Positions 60,700 through 64,000 of a stretch of DNA of 64,000 nt are shown piece after piece. The stretch covers positions 4,079,397 through 4,143,396 of the forward strand of contig NW_002060945.1 of the NCBI RefSeq assembly GCF_000150275.1, in the 5' to 3' direction. This DNA comes from Trichoplax adhaerens. Taxonomy: Eukaryota; Animalia; Placozoa. The notes below the pieces were generated by a model that was not told where the DNA came from, did no database searches, and saw only the letters and a list, made by a program, of their open reading frames with translations. The translations under genes were made by a program, and so were the position numbers. Every line of letters starts with the position of its first letter. The first letter of the stretch is position 1.

Positions 60700-63600
60700 T
60701 ATGTTGACAACGCATTGCAATGTTATGACGAATTTTGTTAATTGATCAATTTTAGATTCCCTTGAAGGCGTGTGTTTGCGACTATTGCGGCAGTTGATGA
60801 TTGATAATATAAGTCCATTTTAATTACAGACTTTCAATTCTTATTATTTGATACGAAGCAGTACCCATCTTCTGTCTTCACAATATCAAGTCTTTCTACT
60901 CAAAGCGAAATAAAGGATCTGCTATGCTTCTTATGCTAACAATACTTTGGTAATTTATTAACAGATCGACTCTAAGCGATCAGAAAGGTCAATGTTATCA
61001 ATAGCAGATTGATACTATATGGTAGTTTTAATCGTTAGCGGCAGAATATTCATAAAATATAGTAATATCAATAACGAACTACCGGTTCGTATCTTCATAC
61101 TTCTTAATAGTCCACAAAGTCATACCGTATATAATACCATTAAAAATATCGATAGGTTAATCCGATCAAGTTCTATTAATTACTTAGTTATTTAATTCAA
61201 ATCATGTGTATGCCTCAGTAAGAGCAGTTATGGTAATTCGTTGGATAGGCCATTCAGTTACGATAGAATGATGACATATTGTATCATTAGTCATGGCTGC
61301 TTAATTTTGAATAACTCATGGGATAATATATTACTATCGAAATATTCGTATTATCCGTATTTCAACTTCTATAATTAAGTCTCTTCACTTGGGTCACAAA
61401 GGTAAAATAAAATATTCGTACGGTCAATTTGTCAGTTGTACAATAGCATATTTCTCAACGTAATCATGTAGTTCATAGCAGAAGGATATTGTCTTGCAGC
61501 TTTAAACATCTACCACATATTCTTAATTGTCCCCAGATTAATCTATTACTCATAAAACGTTCCTGTTGCAATTCCATAGCAGTTAGCTATTCAAAACTCA
61601 AAGATTGAAAATTTCTACGTCTACAGCCAGAAGATTTACTACGAGTAAATAAATCATTATAAAAAACAGTACTGTACCTCCGCCATGAGTATGTGGATTT
61701 TATAGTAGCACTTTCTTAACCTGATTTGCACAAATAATATAATTATTAATTCACGCTAAATTACCAATGTACCCACAGCTTATAATTCTATAAATAAGTT
61801 TAAGTTTATTATTTCGGCTTCAAAGATAAAGCGTCTACGAGATATATTAATTAATAACAGACTTACTATACGGATTATTATTGTATGCAATGTTGATAGT
61901 GAAATCATAGCATGCAGTTACTTGCAGTTGTTTTAATCATGGGAGTGACGGGATGCTTAGTTGTCTGTAGAACATTATACTATCCTTAAAACATCAGCAT
62001 TTCGATTTAATAATTGTATAGATATTTATTGTTTCGATTGCGAAGGCATAACGAATCTCTATGGTAGCGGCATTTTTATTAATTTGCTGACACATTTACT
62101 AATACATTTATGTATTTATATGACCCGTATTGTTGCCAGTAGAATAATAGTTAATCATGTACTTCGTTTAAGTCGTGATAAACCTCTTTCCTGTAGCCCA
62201 TAGAGTAGTATACTATTACTAAAATATCAAAATTTTAATTCAATATTATTAGCTGCTCTCTTATTGCAATGGCAAAATAATCTTCATGTAAGCTAATTAC
62301 ATTGACGGCGGAATGACAAGTTACTGTAACTCCAATCATAGTCTGTTCATTTTTAGCGCTATAGGTTACAAGTTTTGATAATTTTGCAAACGGATTTACT
62401 GTCTTATGATTTATGAGTACTATCCAACGCCTACTATTGACACTTGGGTGTTATTCCCTGTAGCTAATCCATACAGTACCCAAAAAAGGAAACATTTAAC
62501 ACGTTTAAAAATGGAACTTTAAAATTTTTACATAAATTCCGAGCAAGATGAAACCCATAATTAGGCAATGATAGCAGCTGTCGTGGTAAAATTTTTCATA
62601 CTGTAGTGTTCATCAACATTGAACTATTATGCGCCTATATACTGTACTCATCTAATCCATTTAACCTACTAATATAACAGTAAGATATATATATCTATAT
62701 AGAACAGGATAGATCGAGCAGTGCATATAAAGAGTTAGTAAAGCAATTACTGTTGTTGACAATTCCCAGATATATGTGCAATTCCGCCCTTCATAAGAAA
62801 TAAAGAATAATTTTAATTGTACTAGCAAACATTACTACAGTAATTATATTATTAGTTCAATAATGAAGGTAAAATTTGACAGAATCAGATATAATATTAT
62901 CCTAATTTACTGTTTTATGCTAGCCTAGGATCTTCTGATCTTCCAATCATTGCCTGGTTTGGAATATTTACGACATACTGTATGCTCAATTTTACGCGTA
63001 CGCTAATGAGGACTATTGTGTTAAAGAATTGTAAATTGTTACTCGTACTTAGCACTCATTTTACGCGTATGTTGATCTTTCACCTCCTTCCTTCTATTTA
63101 ATACAGGACTTATGAACTTATACAGATCAGCAGCAGCATGAAAGGGTTGCAATTAGATATCGTTAACGCTCATAGAAACTATTCCAAATGACATCGGCTT
63201 TGGTTATGCAGTACGTCGACTTTCGTTATGTTATAGTGTACTAATACTTATTAATCCATCCGACCGTCGAGATAGTTAAAACAATATTTCATACTTCAAT
63301 AATTAATTATAATGCAATAGGACTGTGACCTGCCAGCATTTAAAGATTTAGCAGTTACAGTTTTTAGATAAGAGTATTGTAAATGGTACACTTTTCGTTA
63401 TTATTTCCTAAGATTCGCAACATCAATGCAGATGGGGAGGATAAAATCATCTCTTTCGTATCGGGTTATTTATGGTACTTAAAACACCCTGACCCTAATC
63501 GCAAAACGGTCGTGCAAATGTGCTTTAAAATATTAGCAGAGTATCAGTAGTCATACACTTCATAGGCTAGACATTTTATTTCAGGTAAGTGCGTAAGGCT

Positions 63601-64000
63601 GACATTCATCAGCGCAACTTTGGCTACAATACCATTCAGTATTTCGGCTTAATCTTTAAAAATACAGATTTTGCGCGCCACTATACAAATAGGTGCCTGC
63701 AGGTATTTGTAATATTCCGTCAACTTCATTTAAAATAAAATGTAAATTGTAGCTATAGATTTAAGTTCAGTAGGTAGTTCCGGAGCTGCTATTATTGACA
63801 AAATAGTTGTTTATAAAACTATGGATAACATATTTATGATCTACAACTCGATAACAGATTTTTGTATTTTTCGTAAGCTATGAATTGCTTTATGCTGAGA
63901 AAATATAATATACAATTTCGTGAAATACTTGTATTATTATTCTACAACGGTAAGAAAAGTTTAGTAATACCGAAATACCAAGTGCATCATGTTATTGCTA

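Overview
AT-rich, gene-dense eukaryotic (animal) genomic DNA with many short GT-AG introns (often ~70-150 nt) and no recognisable transposons. This style fits a placozoan such as Trichoplax, which is an inference and not proven. Splicing the exons by hand gives 11 complete protein genes: Hyccin/FAM126 (-), MRPL10 (+), NDUFB3 (-), LRRC6/DNAAF11 (-), a J-domain-less RJL small GTPase (-), TUT1/Star-PAP (-), SRP19 (+), NPHP3 (+), a ~1900-aa type I membrane protein with beta-helix modules and a mucin stalk (-), regucalcin (+) and EZH2/E(z) (-). Most short ORFs in the track are antisense shadows or exon fragments. Best leads: (1) dense TACAGTAC/GTACTGTA islands at several promoters; (2) three cilia-linked genes with RFX X-box and forkhead motifs, including an RJL GTPase that keeps the catalytic Gln; (3) the triple-module beta-helix membrane protein encoded largely by a 3.5-kb exon; (4) cryptic splicing features (a cassette exon in LRRC6, a stop-free 3n intron in TUT1, a duplicated splice acceptor in Hyccin). 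Internal exon boundaries were read by eye and may be off by a few bases.
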